From: Ruditapes philippinarum
Taxonomy: Eukaryota
Reading direction: 5' to 3'
NCBI RefSeq assembly: GCF_026571515.1
Contig: NW_026852659.1
Span: forward strand, 1 to 64,000
DNA: 64,000 nt
This document shows positions 36,631 to 50,071 of the stretch, one piece after another (the stretch's first letter is position 1; each line of letters begins with the position of its first letter). The notes beneath the pieces were generated by a model. That model was given only the letters and a program-made list of their open reading frames with translations, was not told where the DNA came from and did no database searches. Position numbers and translations under genes: made by a program.

Positions 36631-37565
36631 TTATCATAGTTTTCGAACGGCAACAGCATCAAGCAACATCAACGACGCCATTACTGTCAAATTCGAGCTA
36701 AAATGAAGCTAAACTGTGCTGTTATTTTTGAAATACAATACTTCAAGACATAACAGAATAGATTTTGCTTTTCAAAATGAAAAAAAAATCTTTGAGAAAT
36801 ATTAAACAGTAAATTAAAAAAAAAACAAAAAAAAAAACAACAACAACAAACAACAGCAGCAGCAGCAGCAAAAAACAAAGAAAAAAACACGCACACTCAC
36901 AGTTCCATTAAAATCCTACCTTGAAATCTTGTGCAACTAGGATCCAAACAAGATTAAGAGATGGTGACAACTATATTACAAAAACTGAAAATTACAACTT
37001 TCCGAAAAACAGAAAAATATAAGTGCAGCTCAAGAAGTGCCGTTTCACCTTTTCCTTTGAGTGACATTCGATTGATTTTAGAACATGTTCTGACATAATA
37101 TTGATTGATCTAATCAAACATTGCTTCAAACTGATGATACTCGATAAATTCCCCTTTTAGCATCACTCAACATAACAGGTAATTTAATCAAATATGGATA
37201 TTGGTCTGTTGTAACAATGTTTTCCCAGGGGTCACCAATATATCTATTTGTACAAACGGCATCAATAGCACGTCTGTTTTTTTATGCGAAATTAATTAAT
37301 GATGGGAACTGATCGGTGGGATTCACGGAAAATGATCAGAACATCCCATTAAAAGCTTAGGAAATACTTTGGAATGTTGTTTACCATGTAACTAAGGTGA
37401 AAATGTTGTTCAGATGAAACTAATTAAGATATCTGTTTCCTGTGTATGAAGATATATGAGTCGTCCAAGTTGCAATGTAAGGTGAAATTAAAGTCAAAAC
37501 ATAATTCAATACAGAATCAATTCTATATTTATCTGTTTATTTAATAACTATTGAATCAATCATTG

Positions 37566-38639
37566 AAACACGAGGGCCAAGAGGGCCCTAGATCGCTCGC
37601 CTGACCCATTAAACTCATCCGAGCAATTACTGGCACAGGCATCCTGACCAAGATTGATGACCATTGTGTCAAAAAATGTGACCACTAGAGTGTTAACAAG
37701 GTTTTTTCTATATTTGGGCAGTGTGACTTAGTTTGTGACCCCAGGTGACCCGTATTTGAACTTTGCCTAGAAATCATCAAAACAAACTTGTAGACCAATT
37801 TCAATGATATTTGGAAAACAACAGTAGCCATGAGAGAGTTAACAAGAATTTTCTATTTTTAGCTAACGTGACCTAGTTTTTCATCAGAGATGACCAATGT
37901 TCATACTCATACCAGCAATTAACTAGATAAGCATCCTGATCAATCAAGTTTGATGACAATTGAGTCAAAAATATGACCACTAGAGTGTTAACAAGGTTTT
38001 TCCATATTTAGGGAGTGGGACCTAGTTTTTGACCCTAGGTGACCCATATTGAAACTTGACCTAGAAATCATCGCAAACAAACTTTCAGACTAATTTCCAG
38101 GATATTTGGATCAAAACAGTAGCCAGTAGTGTCAACAAGATTTTCTTTTTTTAGCTCCTGTGACCTAGTTTTTCATCAGAGATGACCCATGTTCGAACTC
38201 AGCCATGTCCTAGACAAGCATCCTGACAAAGTTTGATGATGATTGAGGCAAAAATATTACCACTAGAGTGTGAAAAGGTTTTTCCATATTTCAGCGGTGT
38301 GACCAAGTTTTTGATCAAAGGTGACCCATATCCAAACTTGACCTAGAAATCATCAAAACAAACTTTCAAACCAATTTCCTGGATATTTGAATCAAAACAG
38401 TAGCCACTAGAGTGTTAACAAGATTTTTCTATTTTTAGCTCCTGTGACCTAGTTTTTCATACGAGATGACACATGTTCGAACTCATCTCAGCCATGTCCT
38501 AGACAAGCATCCTGACAAAGTTTGATGATGATTGAGGCAAACATATGACCACTAGAGAGTTAAAGAAAAAATGTGGACGGACAACGGACATTCAACTATC
38601 CTTAAAGCTCACCCTGAGCTAGCTCAGGTGAGCTAAAAA
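37566..38639. mobile_element. Helentron-associated element (HINE) with internal ~290-bp tandem array
   Basis: Subterminal GCTCGCCTGA / TCAGGTGAGC inverted motif, terminal hairpin AGCTCACCCTGAGCT-AGCTCAGGTGAGCT, GGAC(A/G) microsatellite. CCACTAGAGTGTTAACAAG recurs at about 37682, 37977, 38260, 38404 and 38549. Confidence 0.85.
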
Positions 38640-39215
38640 TTATATCAAGAACTACTAGTATTTATCACAGTTAAGACAATTCTTACATTGTTAAAGAATA
38701 ACTATCAAAATCAAAACAGTAGTCAATGATTTTATGTAATTTTCTGATTTTATACAAAATGTCACCAAGATCCCTTAACATGGGCAAAGAATCCTGTAGC
38801 CGAACTATAATTTGTGTTACCATATATGGTAAATAAATAATTAACATATGGTTTTGGCAAAGTTAGTCATGCTTTAATTTTTGTATGCCCTGCAGATTCC
38901 AAACTTTAAAAAAAAAAGAAAAAAATAATTCTATGTTCAATTTTATATGAAAATCAATGGCCAAATTTCTTGTTATTCTAGTCCTGCAACATGTTCATTA
39001 TCACTTGGTAAGTGAACTATCCAATATAATTCAATAATTCAACAAGTTTGCAATGAAGATGATGCAATAAAGATGATGTATATTTCATAATCATAAATAA
39101 ATCAATCGCCATAAAGATGATGTATATTTCATAATCATAAATAAATCAATCGCCCGTATTTCCAATCAATCTAAAAATCAATAAAGAATTAAAAATCGCT
39201 ATTGATAGATTAACA

Positions 39216-42200
39216 TCAAGTATCATATGGAGGTAATCCGAACATTTCAGGCTTGAACTCTTCCAGAGAGTCTATGATAAGTTCCGTTTTTCCCTCCAGT
39301 AATGTTTTGTCCTGCTCTGCATGGGGAACCCAAACACATGGCATGCCAGCTGCATGTGCGGCCTCAACACCATTCATAGCATCTTCAAACACCAATATCT
39401 GAATCAGTTAAAAAAATACTTGTAAATATAACAAGAGCCAATGTCAGGCGGGGAGGGGGGGGCAACACTATTTTTTTATTACTTTTTCAAAAAAGCAAAA
39501 AAATAAAATAAAAAAAATGTTTAAAAAATGTTTCAGTCAATTATAGCATAAATCAGTAAAAAAAATTCAATAATTAACCTTTAAGGTCAAGGTCATAAAT
39601 GAGAGGTTTGATATACATGTACATGTAGGTCTCATCCTAATAAATGTCGTTTCTTAAAAAGTTATAGCCGGTTACAGCAAAAAATGGAAAATTTCAATAA
39701 TTTGACCATCAGGGTCAAGGTCATATATGAGTGAAGGTCAAGGTCTGTCTGGTTAACTTGAATTTCACCTAATACATTTATAATGATTTACCTCTCTTCA
39801 CAAGTTTATGTATTTCAACATGGTTTGAAAGCTTTGAAGGAGACAGTTTAGAGAATACAAATTTATTCAAAATATTGATTCTATATTTAATTCATGAAAA
39901 TATGTTTCAAAACATAGATCAATCCTGCAAAATATTGACATCATTTATTATATATTTATATCTTGATTTAAAATGAAATGTTTAAGTTTAACTATTGAAA
40001 CTAATACTGTAAACACAGGCCAATAATTAATAGGTTAGTAACCATAACCGATAATTTAAAACGTATTTTGGCCACAAGTATCCTGTTTCAAAAATGTTTT
40101 AAATATTTGGAGTGGCAAATATGTATCAAGGAAAGGCAAATTAAGAGTGGGAATCATATCATTACAAGAGCAATCTTAATTTTCTGCCAATATAAAGTTT
40201 TGCATATTATATTGTATCTTATATTGACAAACATTTCCTTTAGATAAAGGGAGACAAATCATGAAGTTTCTCAACTAATGAACTGAAAATGAATGGCATG
40301 AAACTATAGTACTGGGGTTAACAAGTATGATAAAAGTTGACATATTTCCGTAAAGTTATGGTCTTGTATTTTGAACTTTGAACTATAAAGGGAGATAAAT
40401 CCTTAAAATATTAAAGCAAAGTACAGTACACAGACAAATCAAAAGAAATAAAATCTGATTAAAAAAATCACTTACTCTCTTTCATGTAAAATAACAACAC
40501 TCTCTGAATCTTAGAACTTTGATTTGAAAAGAAAGATTATTTCTATATGACATAGAATCGTCTGTGTGGCTAATGGAACATTTAAAATATTTGTAAAACT
40601 ATTTGAAGAGTAAAATTTGTTTTAATTATACTCATTTCTAGTACTTGGTTTTAAATATTATAATATCAACCAAGTTAAGCTCCCACATCCCTCTCTATGC
40701 ATGATTATTCCAAGCACCAGGGTAGAACCTGACAAACTCAGTAGTTCCCTATGCCATGATAATTCAGGATTCAAACTCATAGTAATAAACATAAAAAGTT
40801 TTGAAAAAACATACATATCAATTTCAGACTATTTGTGAAATGAGTTCTTGCAACCTATAAATTAAACCCTTTTTGACTCCACACCCTAAAACTAGTACTA
40901 ACTGGTTTTATATCAACCTACATTAAACCCTTTTGACTTTGCATCCTAAAACTAGTCAAAACTGGTTTCATATCAACCTACATGTACATTAAAGCTTTTT
41001 GACTTTGCATCCTGACACTAGTCAAAACTGGTTTTATCAGGAAACATGGTCATGACCAGTGTAAAACTTAAAATAACAATCCAATGGTTTCACAGACAGA
41101 CACCTTAACTACAAGGCCATGGCATAAAAAGTACCAGTAAATACCTTTGCATGGTCAGGACTGTCATCAAACCTTATGGCCCCTACTTCAAAAGCATCTG
41201 GGTGTGGTTTACCATGCTTGACGTCTGGATCATCACCACATAGTACATGATGGTGGAACAGTGAGAAAAAATCCTTGTGGTTCACAGTCTTCAGCTCAAA
41301 ACTGTGTGTATTAGACCCCGTCACTACTGCTATAGGCACACTGTGCTTGTGTAGGTGTCTGACTAGTTTTTCAGCTCCTGAAGTTATTAAACAATTTATG
41401 TGAGTACCTACTGCTTGTGTAGATGCTAGACTAGTTTGTTTGGGTTTTACGTCGCACCAACACAGTGAAGGTCATACAGCGACTTTCCAGCTTTATTGCT
41501 GGAGGAAGACCTCAGATGCCCTTCTGTACATTATTTCAGGCATGAACAGGCACCTGAGTAGAACCACCGATGTTCCTTAAGCTAGCTGGATAGCTTCCAC
41601 ACAAGAAAGAATCCAAAGTCCCTGTTGGGATTCAAACCCACAGCGGTGAGGGGCAAGTGGTTTTAAGTCAACATCTGTGACCATGTGAGACTAGTATTTC
41701 AGCTCCTAAAGTTATAAGACAATGTAACTACAGCTATAGGCACAATATTGTGTAGATGCCAGAAAAGATTTTCAGCTTGAACCTAAACTTATAAGATAAC
41801 TTAAAATACTGAATGTTCATAACTATTACTCTCAATGGCCAATCATAACATTTAAATTATCAATTCTTAATTCATGATTTATAATTCACTTAGAGGCCTT
41901 CCGCTTTTATATTCTGTTGGGAAAACAATTCTGTTTGAAACAAAGTAAGCATTTCAGTAATCTTATCTTGGAAAAGTGAATCTTGTCACTGTTAAACCTT
42001 CTTCAAAACAGAGTTTAAAGAGCTATTTATATTGCGTCAGTGACGTTTGTGTCTTAAAAACAGAAGATTCGGAAACAAATCATCTGCTAAATGAGAGCAG
42101 ACAGTAGATCAGGGGTATCAAGGGATTTAAGTATTTTATCATCCCAAGATTTCAATTTCCATCTAACTTCTTTTGATTTGACAATTATATGAGAAGAGTT

Positions 42201-44305
42201 GTATAAAAATAGCATAAAGACTAGCCAGGTTAAAATGGCTATGTAAATATGATTTATCAATACAAAATTTTCTATCAATGACAGCCCTTGGCCTAGCTGA
42301 TATTGACTTGTTTAATCTCAGCTAACACATACCTGGTAGGAATGGTACTGAAGGAAAGAGCCTATCATATTCTTTATGAATCTTTATTAGGTACTCATCA
42401 ACTGTCATCGGAAGTTCCAGCATATCTGCAAGTATACAGCAATTGTAAAATATATGTACAGTGATCAAATAAAATATCTGAGTTTGTGTGTGTATTTGAG
42501 TTTATTTAAACTCTCCACTGGGCAATGGGCCAGTCATACAGGGTAGTATTAGTCATTTTAGATTTTGGAGGATAGTGCAAGACACAGAAAGATGCCCTAA
42601 TAACAGAAGCTTCTACTGGTTCTTTAGAGTTTAAGCATTTTACAGCAAAATCTGAGTATTATCAGTGAAAGAGGACCACAAGTATATTTTATGTACGGTA
42701 CATGTACAATACAGTGTTTATTCTAGGATTCGAAAAACGGGGGATTTGTATTGAAAAATGAGAATTTATTAAATTTGTTGATCTTTTACCTTCTATGTCT
42801 ATGTAAAATTTTCCCCCTTCCTCTCAAAAAATGGGGGTGAATTCTCAAAAATAGGGGTGAATCCCTCAATCGCCCCTCCTAGAATAGACACTGCCTATAA
42901 TTTATAAAACCACATAGTTTCCTACATTGCAGCTTTCTTTTACTCATATGAAATATCTAAACATACTTAGGTAAGGGACTAATGATTTGATGTCTGAGAA
43001 ATATACATATTAAAACATAGTAAAACATATCTCATTAAAGCCTTTTTAAGGAAAAAGTGAAGTGATGAATTTTAATGTTTGCTGAGAAAAGAAACCTACC
43101 AACAATCATTTTGGCTGACACTGCTTCTTTTTTCCCCATGATCTGTTGCTTTATTTCCCATGTGTATTTTTTGCCAAATTCATCACAAATGTTTTGAGTA
43201 GCTTCTGTATACAATCTCTCTGTATCTGTAAAAAACAATAATATATTAACCCAGACGGCCCCGAAAATGCTTAATTTAGTATTTTCTTTGTTCAGTGGTT
43301 GTAAGTTACTTTTTTATCAACAATAAGTGCATGTTTATTTTAAAATTAAGTAAATACATTCATTACAACCTCCGTAAATGGTGATATTTTAATAATTTAA
43401 TGTCTATTTCAAGAATGTTGACGTTGAAATTTGGGGGTCAAGAAAGCAATGCCTGACCTCATATATCAGCTATAATCATTTGCAGACTGAATAATAGAAT
43501 ATCCAAAACTTCACCATTTGTTGCTGACATATTGTATATCATGTTAAAAATCAAAACACCCAAGCTTTTATCTGAATTAAATCACGTCATGTACATATCT
43601 GTCCAGACACATGGTACTGTAGTGTAGACAATTTAGATAATTTTGATACCCTCCTTGTCGAGCCTCAGATATAAGTGTCAATAAAATCAGAAATAAACAA
43701 ACTAGTTTATTAGTTAGGAGAAGAACCTAGCTGAACTGTGTCAAATTTTTGGTCTCTAGGTTAAAAATTATGAAATCTGTACGGAAAAATGTTCCAAAAG
43801 TGTCCGGTTGATGGTCTCCAACCAGTATATGTATATTTTGTGATGTATTGATGAAATTTCAGGTTCCTGTGCAATGATCAAACATAAAAAATGGCAACAT
43901 GTTGTTTGGATGAACAAGCACTTTTCTCCAGTTCGAGAATAGCCTATAATTTATTTCGACAGTTTGAAAGCCTGTTAAACAGTTAAATATTCACATTTAC
44001 TTTTTAAAAAGACCCAATACATTTTCTATACTCCTAAGCAACACTATCTACATTTGAACAAAAGTCTGAAAATACAAGCAATATTGAATTAACAATAACC
44101 AGATAACACTAACAGTTCCCAAACTCTACAAATATCCAGAATAATTTTGTCCGATTCACTCACACTATATCGCGAAAATATATTGCATTTAAATTTTACG
44201 GCGGTTATGTCAATATCTGGTATTAACCAATGTGGGGAAATAATGTTCACCTAGAAGAAGACCATCCATATCAAATATAACATGTGTCACTGTTTTCTTC
44301 TCCAT
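39216..44305 (-). CDS. PUDP: Pseudouridine-5'-phosphatase (HDHD1/GS1-like HAD hydrolase); exons 44305-44251, 43225-43100, 42425-42333, 41377-41145, 39398-39216
   Basis: [19 protein letters not shown] (HAD motif I), [19 protein letters not shown]-terminal [11 protein letters not shown]. All junctions GT-AG and in frame. Confidence 0.95.
40855..41040. repeat. ~60-bp tandem repeat x3, intronic
   Basis: ATTAAACCC-TTTTGACT...ACTAGT...ACTGGTTT units. Confidence 0.85.
41436..41687 (-). mobile_element. tRNA-derived SINE with 8-bp TSD (AGACTAGT)
   Basis: Minus-strand head with GTGGGTTTGAATCC B box, tail ...GGTGCGACGTAAAACCCAAACAA. TSD at 41428-41435 and 41688-41695. Confidence 0.88.
42712..42893. 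mobile_element. MITE with 16-bp TIRs
   Basis: CAGTGTTTATTCTAGG ... CCTAGAATAGACACTG (1 mismatch). No clear TSD. Confidence 0.7.
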
Positions 44306-44869
44306 ATCTAGGAATGGCTACAATATTTTTTTGATTTTGTATGATGCAATGTAAGAACAAGGCAAGCGTGTGATTTGAAAAACAACACGAAATTGGGGTT
44401 AGAAAACACCAAATTATAACATACTTTGTGACATCGAAAAGAAAGTTCATTTAAGTTTTCAAAAGCAAAGATATTTTAGGTGTGGAGCTCAAAACACCTT
44501 TAAAATCCAAATAAAATGTATATTTGTCAATCCCAGCACACGTACTGATCATCATATTTATATAGGTGTTCGATAGGTCACTACCCCGGCCCCCTTTCAC
44601 CCACGTACTCTACAACCCTCCTACCTCTCAAAACCATGTAAACTGCAGTGTTTTTTCATTTGAAACATGTTTTAATATTTGGTATATGCTTTTAATTCAA
44701 TTTCCTTCATTTCCCACAAAAAATAAAAAAAAAATGATACAAATATATTTATACTAATTATATATGTATCATTTTATATTTATACTTTTCCGTCAAAATT
44801 TGTCCATATATAGATCTAGTTGTTTGTCAGAAAGTTCTAGCTATCTAAGTTTGTAATATGAAAAAGGCA

Positions 44870-45600
44870 AAGCCTCAAAGCGAGCTCGATGTACTTTTTA
44901 CGTGAAATAGTATGAAATAATCGCTCATTTTTATTTCAAATGCAGTAACGAGTGCGTGTGGCGTCACACGTACTGTGTTAAAAACTTTGTTTATTTTATT
45001 TCACTCTATAATTTTTCAAGCGAAATAAAGATTATTTAAAGTGAAATAAATGTAAAACTTAAAACGTTTGCGACATTAAAATAGCGTACTTGATTTGTTT
45101 GTTTTGCACGTGCTGTTTGGCGCTACATTGTGACGTCACGTAAACAATACTTTAAACGTCTGTACAGCGTTAACGACTGAATAAAAGATATTGGTGTTCG
45201 GATTCATTTTCTTAGTTAGACCATTTTCTTTCATTCTAGATAGTTTTCACAACAAAATTCGACAAAAAATTGTTTTTATTTATCAGATTTCAAACAAAAT
45301 GGCGCCTTCGATTTTCATTTTTTATACACAGCTTCCGTTATTCTGGTTCCCTGTCCAATTATGGTTCCCATAGACGTGCGCGGGTGACCAGTCTACACAT
45401 CCGTTTTCAGTCAGAATTCCTCAGTTTTTATCGTTATCTTTTAATTCGAAAGGTTGCGATGTGTCCAATTCGGTACTTTGGACGAAAGTTTTCAAAACCA
45501 TCACTTTGCAGGTACTCGCGTTACCGTAAAGCTCGCTTTGCGAGCAGGCCCTTCGGGCCAGCTCGTCGAGCTCGCTATAAAAATATTGCAATATGTAACT
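44870..45600. promoter_or_regulatory. CpG-enriched promoter-like region upstream of PUDP
   Basis: Local CpG enrichment, TGACGTCA at 45131, YY1-like AAAATGGCG at 45296. Confidence 0.5.
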
Positions 45601-46184
45601 AAGAAACTATTCGAAAAAACTAAAGTTATTTGTCTCCATTCTTAAATTACTCACAGATTTTAGAACGATACCACGGGTTTTATGAATACATGTATACCGG
45701 AAATAAATGATTCATCGTCTGCTTCTGGTTGATAAACAACAACAACAACAACAACAAAAAGAACAACAAAACAAACCACAACAACAATCCCCCTCAAAAA
45801 AAAAGAGAGAAAAAGGGAGATAACAACAACAACAAAACAAACAAACAACAACTACAAAAACAAAAAATATTTTAAGAATTATAGCGCGGCATTTTTTTCT
45901 GTCAAAATATGTAGAAACTGTAGATTAATTTTGAAATGTCATAATTTTATTTAACGAGATAACAAAAATTATTTTATAAGTCCCGTGGCTACAGTTTAAT
46001 TTGTATGTACACATTGTTATCTAACTAACACGATTATGATCATCAAAAAATCCAAAGATAATTCTTACGCACATATTCCCATCATTCTGATTGTCCATTA
46101 TAAACCCATTTTCTTCTTAATTTATTAATATATTATTTATCTAAACCTAAATAATTAGTGATAGCACGAAAAGAGGGATGCATA

Positions 46185-46550
46185 TTAAAGCCACGCCTCC
46201 AGATTTATGCTAATTTTCAAAATGTGGAAAATTTTGAAAATGTGTTTAAAAGTATTATTTACTGAAATAACCAAAAAAAAAAGCAATTTAAACATTATCA
46301 ATGACTCTTACAACCTACGTTAATTACTAAAAAGAAGACAAAATATGCAAAATAGCCCTTACTGCGTTAGTAACGCAGTAGAAATATAGTTATTAATACT
46401 GGAAAATCGGTCATTAATCACACATAACATGTAAATTATTACTAGAACTTTGAATCTTTATACTTTTCCTAAAATCTAAGTAGGCCTACATTTTTCTCAG
46501 GTTTGATTTTATCGAAATATTTTTGTACATCTGGAGGCGTGCAGCTTTAA
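46185..46550. mobile_element. TTAA-flanked MITE (Kolobok-like)
   Basis: TTAA-AGCCACGCCTCCAGAT ... ATCTGGAGGCGTGCAGCT-TTAA. Confidence 0.8.
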
Positions 46551-46609
46551 GTGGTAATTTGATTTTTCAAGTTTTTAATCAGATTTTGAAAATAGATTTT
46601 AGCACTAAG

Positions 46610-46900
46610 TGCATCATTAAGTGTATGATAAGAAAATAATTATATTTAAATAATCATTAAGAATTTATAATAAAACAATACTAAAGAAAATATATTTAAA
46701 GAATCATTAAGAATTTATATAGTATAAGAATCTTAAAGAAAATATATTTAAAGTATCCATTAGAATTTATAGTAAAAGAATCACAAAGGAATCATATTGA
46801 AAGAATCATTTAGAATTAGTAGTAAAAGAATCATAAAGAAAATATATTTAAATAATCACCAAGTATACAATGCATTGTGAAAGAATAATGATTAAGAATA
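46610..46900. repeat. AT-rich ~52-bp degenerate tandem repeat
   Basis: AAGAAAATATATTTAAAGAATCATTAAGAATTTATA recurring. Confidence 0.8.
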
Positions 46901-47681
46901 TAAAGGAAAAGAAAAATGTCAGTATATAGAAATTATTGATAAGCACAGGGTCCTCGTTTTTAATCTGTTTGATTCATTATGTAATAATAAAGAGAGAATG
47001 ACACTTTGTTGTATCTTTATCAATCATGTGAGTGTGGTCAGACTTTAATATATATATTCTGTCTGGTTCCCTGCATAATATAGCAGTATCACGAGAAGAT
47101 AATCCATATGTGTTACCCAAGCGATTATTGTGAACGCTATAAATAACCGTCCTGGATTTTAACTGATTAAGATACAAATATAAATATAGCTGAAACGGTA
47201 GTAAAATAGTTTAACAAACAGACTCTGTTAACGCGGTAAGTACTTTTTATGTTTGAAGACGTATTTTTATATGTATTTGTATTATGTTTTATATGCTTAT
47301 TGAATACAAACTATTAATGTGCTTACCCAAAATATGTTTAATCTTGTTATTCATGCAATATAAAAAAGAAAAAACACATCTGAATTTTTGTTACATTGTC
47401 TTTAAATTCAAATTTTTTTGATAAATAGATATTATATTGCATGCATAACAAGATTATACATATTTAAGAACACATTATTAATGCGACTAGCACCTTTGAT
47501 TGAATAAGTATATTGTGCCTATAAAGTTTTATAAGAAAATGGTGTTAAATTGGCATATTTTAAAAATGTTTGATAGTGTTTGACATCTTGACTATTTATT
47601 CGTACACATGGAACTGAATGTGTATACATGTATCTGATACAGACGCTGTCATGACTTAAATTAGTTCTTCACTTTCGCATC

Positions 47682-47791
47682 TATATATAAAAGCTGCATG
47701 TCTCCACATGAAACAAACTATTTCAAGAAAATCAGACTTGAGAAAATTGTAATAAGATTTTTAGAAAAGAAAAAAAAGATCCGTGATTCAG
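47682..47791 (+). promoter_or_regulatory. TATA box and non-coding first exon of arylsulfatase gene
   Basis: TATATATAAAA at 47682, donor CAG|GTAATA at 47791/47792, acceptor TTTTTCAG at 48568 three bases before ATG. Confidence 0.6.
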
Positions 47792-47849
47792 GTAATAATG
47801 TACATGTTTTATGCGATTAATGACTGATTTTGCAACATTTATAACCATA

Positions 47850-48035
47850 TGGCTACTGCGTGACTCACGCAGTAAGGGCTATTTTTGCATATTTTGACTC
47901 CATTTTGGTAATTAACGTCGATTGTAAATGTCGACTGCAATGTGTAAATTACTCTCTTTGTTCACGTCACAATATTTTACTTTTAAATATATATTTTCAA
48001 AAATTCAATGAAAAATAGCATGAATTTGGAAGCAT
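47850..48035 (-). mobile_element. Truncated inverted copy of the 46185-46550 MITE
   Basis: CTACTGCG...CGCAGTAAGGGCTATTTTTGCATATTTTG is the reverse complement of about 46340-46381. Confidence 0.7.
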
Positions 48036-48571
48036 GTATTAAAATGTCCAATAAGGACCATCATTAAAGTTAAAAGCATTTAAACAACCATATGAGACTG
48101 GAAAATCGAATTGACGAAAAAGAAAAAAAACAACTAGATAGTAAACAATTAAAAACAAGGCAAATATTTTATGCCCACTCTGATGTTCTGACGTTCCATT
48201 ACCGTAGTTTCGTTATGTCAACATTTTATCATCTTAACTGATTTGCTTCATTGATTTTTATTTTACAAAGACGTATAGTGATGGTCCATGCGGGACACCG
48301 TACCTTCAATAAGAATGTTTCATAACCTTAATTGAAGATTCAATACTAATTAAGTCTTTAAATACTGATTTACTCATGGTTGATAAGACTTTATACTCAT
48401 ACAGCTGTTTTATCTGAAATCTTTAAACTTAAGTAAAGCATATATTGAATTGTACAAAATAGATGTATACTCTTTTATTTTCCCAAAACACCAAGCTGTA
48501 ATGATTTGTTAGCTTATATGCGGCCAAGTTACCTTTTTCTGTATGTACACTTACAAAATATTTTTCAGAAT

Positions 48572-50071
48572 ATGATGGAAAAAAGGATTTCGTTGATCAC
48601 GGTACTAATGTCACTGATACTGTGCAAGACATTCGGGCACACTCAAGCCAGACATATTGTGTTTATCGTAGCTGACGATCTCGGATGGAATGACGTTGGT
48701 TTCCATAATCCAGATATGATAACCCCAAATATTGACAAGCTTGCTAGACAAGGAGTAATACTGAACAGTTCGTACGTTCAACCAGTATGCTCTCCTTCTC
48801 GTCACTCCTGGATGACTGGAATTTATCCATTCAAAGCCGGTTTACAGCACGGGGCTATTTTACCACAACAGGCAGTATGCTCCCCTCTCTCTATGCAATT
48901 CTTTCCTGAGAGGCTACAAGAACTAGGGTACTCCACACACATGATTGGCAAGTGGCACCTGGGATTTTGCAATACGGAATGCACGCCTACAAGACGAGGA
49001 TTTGAATCGTATTTAGGATATTACAATGGTATGGAGGACTTTTACAATAAAACAATAATTAATGGTGTTGATTACAACGACGGTTTAAAGGCCATACCGG
49101 CAGACGATAGATACTCAACTTACGCTTATGCAGATAGAGCAAAGGAGATTATAGATAACCACAATCAAACTAAACAACTGTTCCTTTACCTTCCATTCCA
49201 GTCAGTGCATATACCGATTGAAGTTCCTAAGCGATTTGAGGATATGTACCAACACATCGCCAATGATGACAGAAGAAAGTACTCAGGCATGGTGTCTGCT
49301 ATGGATGAAGCCATTGGTAATGTGACACAAGCTTTAACTGACAAGGGAATGATAGACGATACTTTGTTTATATTTACGGCTGACAACGGTGGTTGGCCCG
49401 GTCACGGTGGTAACAATTACCCTTTGAGAGGTGGTAAAATCACAATTTTTGAAGGGGGAACGAGGGCTGCAGCATTTGTCTCTGGGTCTGGAATCGAGAA
49501 GAAAGGGTCCACATATGAAGGACTAATACACGCAGTTGACTGGCACCCAACCATTCTTTCAGCCGCGGGTAGTTCTAATGATGAAACAATCAACAATATT
49601 GATGGTCTTGATCAATGGAAAGCGATTAGCACAGGCGCTGAATCGGCTAGGAATGAGTTCGTTTATAACTTGGATGACTCATTGGATCCAGTAACTGGTC
49701 ATGCTGCCATACGAGTAGGCGACTTTAAGCTGATATCCGGATATCCGGGACCCTATCGGGACTGGTACAAACCGGAACAAGAAATCAAAGGCAGCATTGG
49801 CGTCTCAGCTCAACCATATGACTATTCTGCGATAGTTTATGAAGATCTGAGCAAATCGAATGGTATATGGTCAGGAGATGGTTTATATAATTTGAGAGAT
49901 GATCCAACAGAGCATAATGACCTCTCTAAACAATTCCCAGATGTTGTTAAAAAACTCAGAGCTAAACTAGACGAGTACAGGAAGGCATATGTAAAACCAA
50001 ATTTTCCAAAAAATGACGACAAATCTGATCCAAAATATTACGATGGTCATTGGGCACCCGGATGGTGTTAA
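48572..50071 (+). CDS. Arylsulfatase B-like sulfatase, intronless CDS
   Basis: Signal peptide, HIVFIVADDLGWNDVG, CSPSR (FGly motif), GKWHLG, DNGG...NYPLRGGK, C-terminal WAPGWC. Confidence 0.95.
   Translation: MMEKRISLITVLMSLILCKTFGHTQARHIVFIVADDLGWNDVGFHNPDMITPNIDKLARQGVILNSSYVQPVCSPSRHSWMTGIYPFKAGLQHGAILPQQAVCSPLSMQFFPERLQELGYSTHMIGKWHLGFCNTECTPTRRGFESYLGYYNGMEDFYNKTIINGVDYNDGLKAIPADDRYSTYAYADRAKEIIDNHNQTKQLFLYLPFQSVHIPIEVPKRFEDMYQHIANDDRRKYSGMVSAMDEAIGNVTQALTDKGMIDDTLFIFTADNGGWPGHGGNNYPLRGGKITIFEGGTRAAAFVSGSGIEKKGSTYEGLIHAVDWHPTILSAAGSSNDETINNIDGLDQWKAISTGAESARNEFVYNLDDSLDPVTGHAAIRVGDFKLISGYPGPYRDWYKPEQEIKGSIGVSAQPYDYSAIVYEDLSKSNGIWSGDGLYNLRDDPTEHNDLSKQFPDVVKKLRAKLDEYRKAYVKPNFPKNDDKSDPKYYDGHWAPGWC

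Noticed and set aside
45270-45645. ORFs in the CpG-rich region
   Set aside because: Explained by elevated GC of a promoter-like region, with no recognisable protein features
48572-50071. Bacterial horizontal transfer of the sulfatase
   Set aside because: Sequence features are animal ARSB-like (signal peptide, C-terminal WxPxWC), so intron absence is better explained by retroposition
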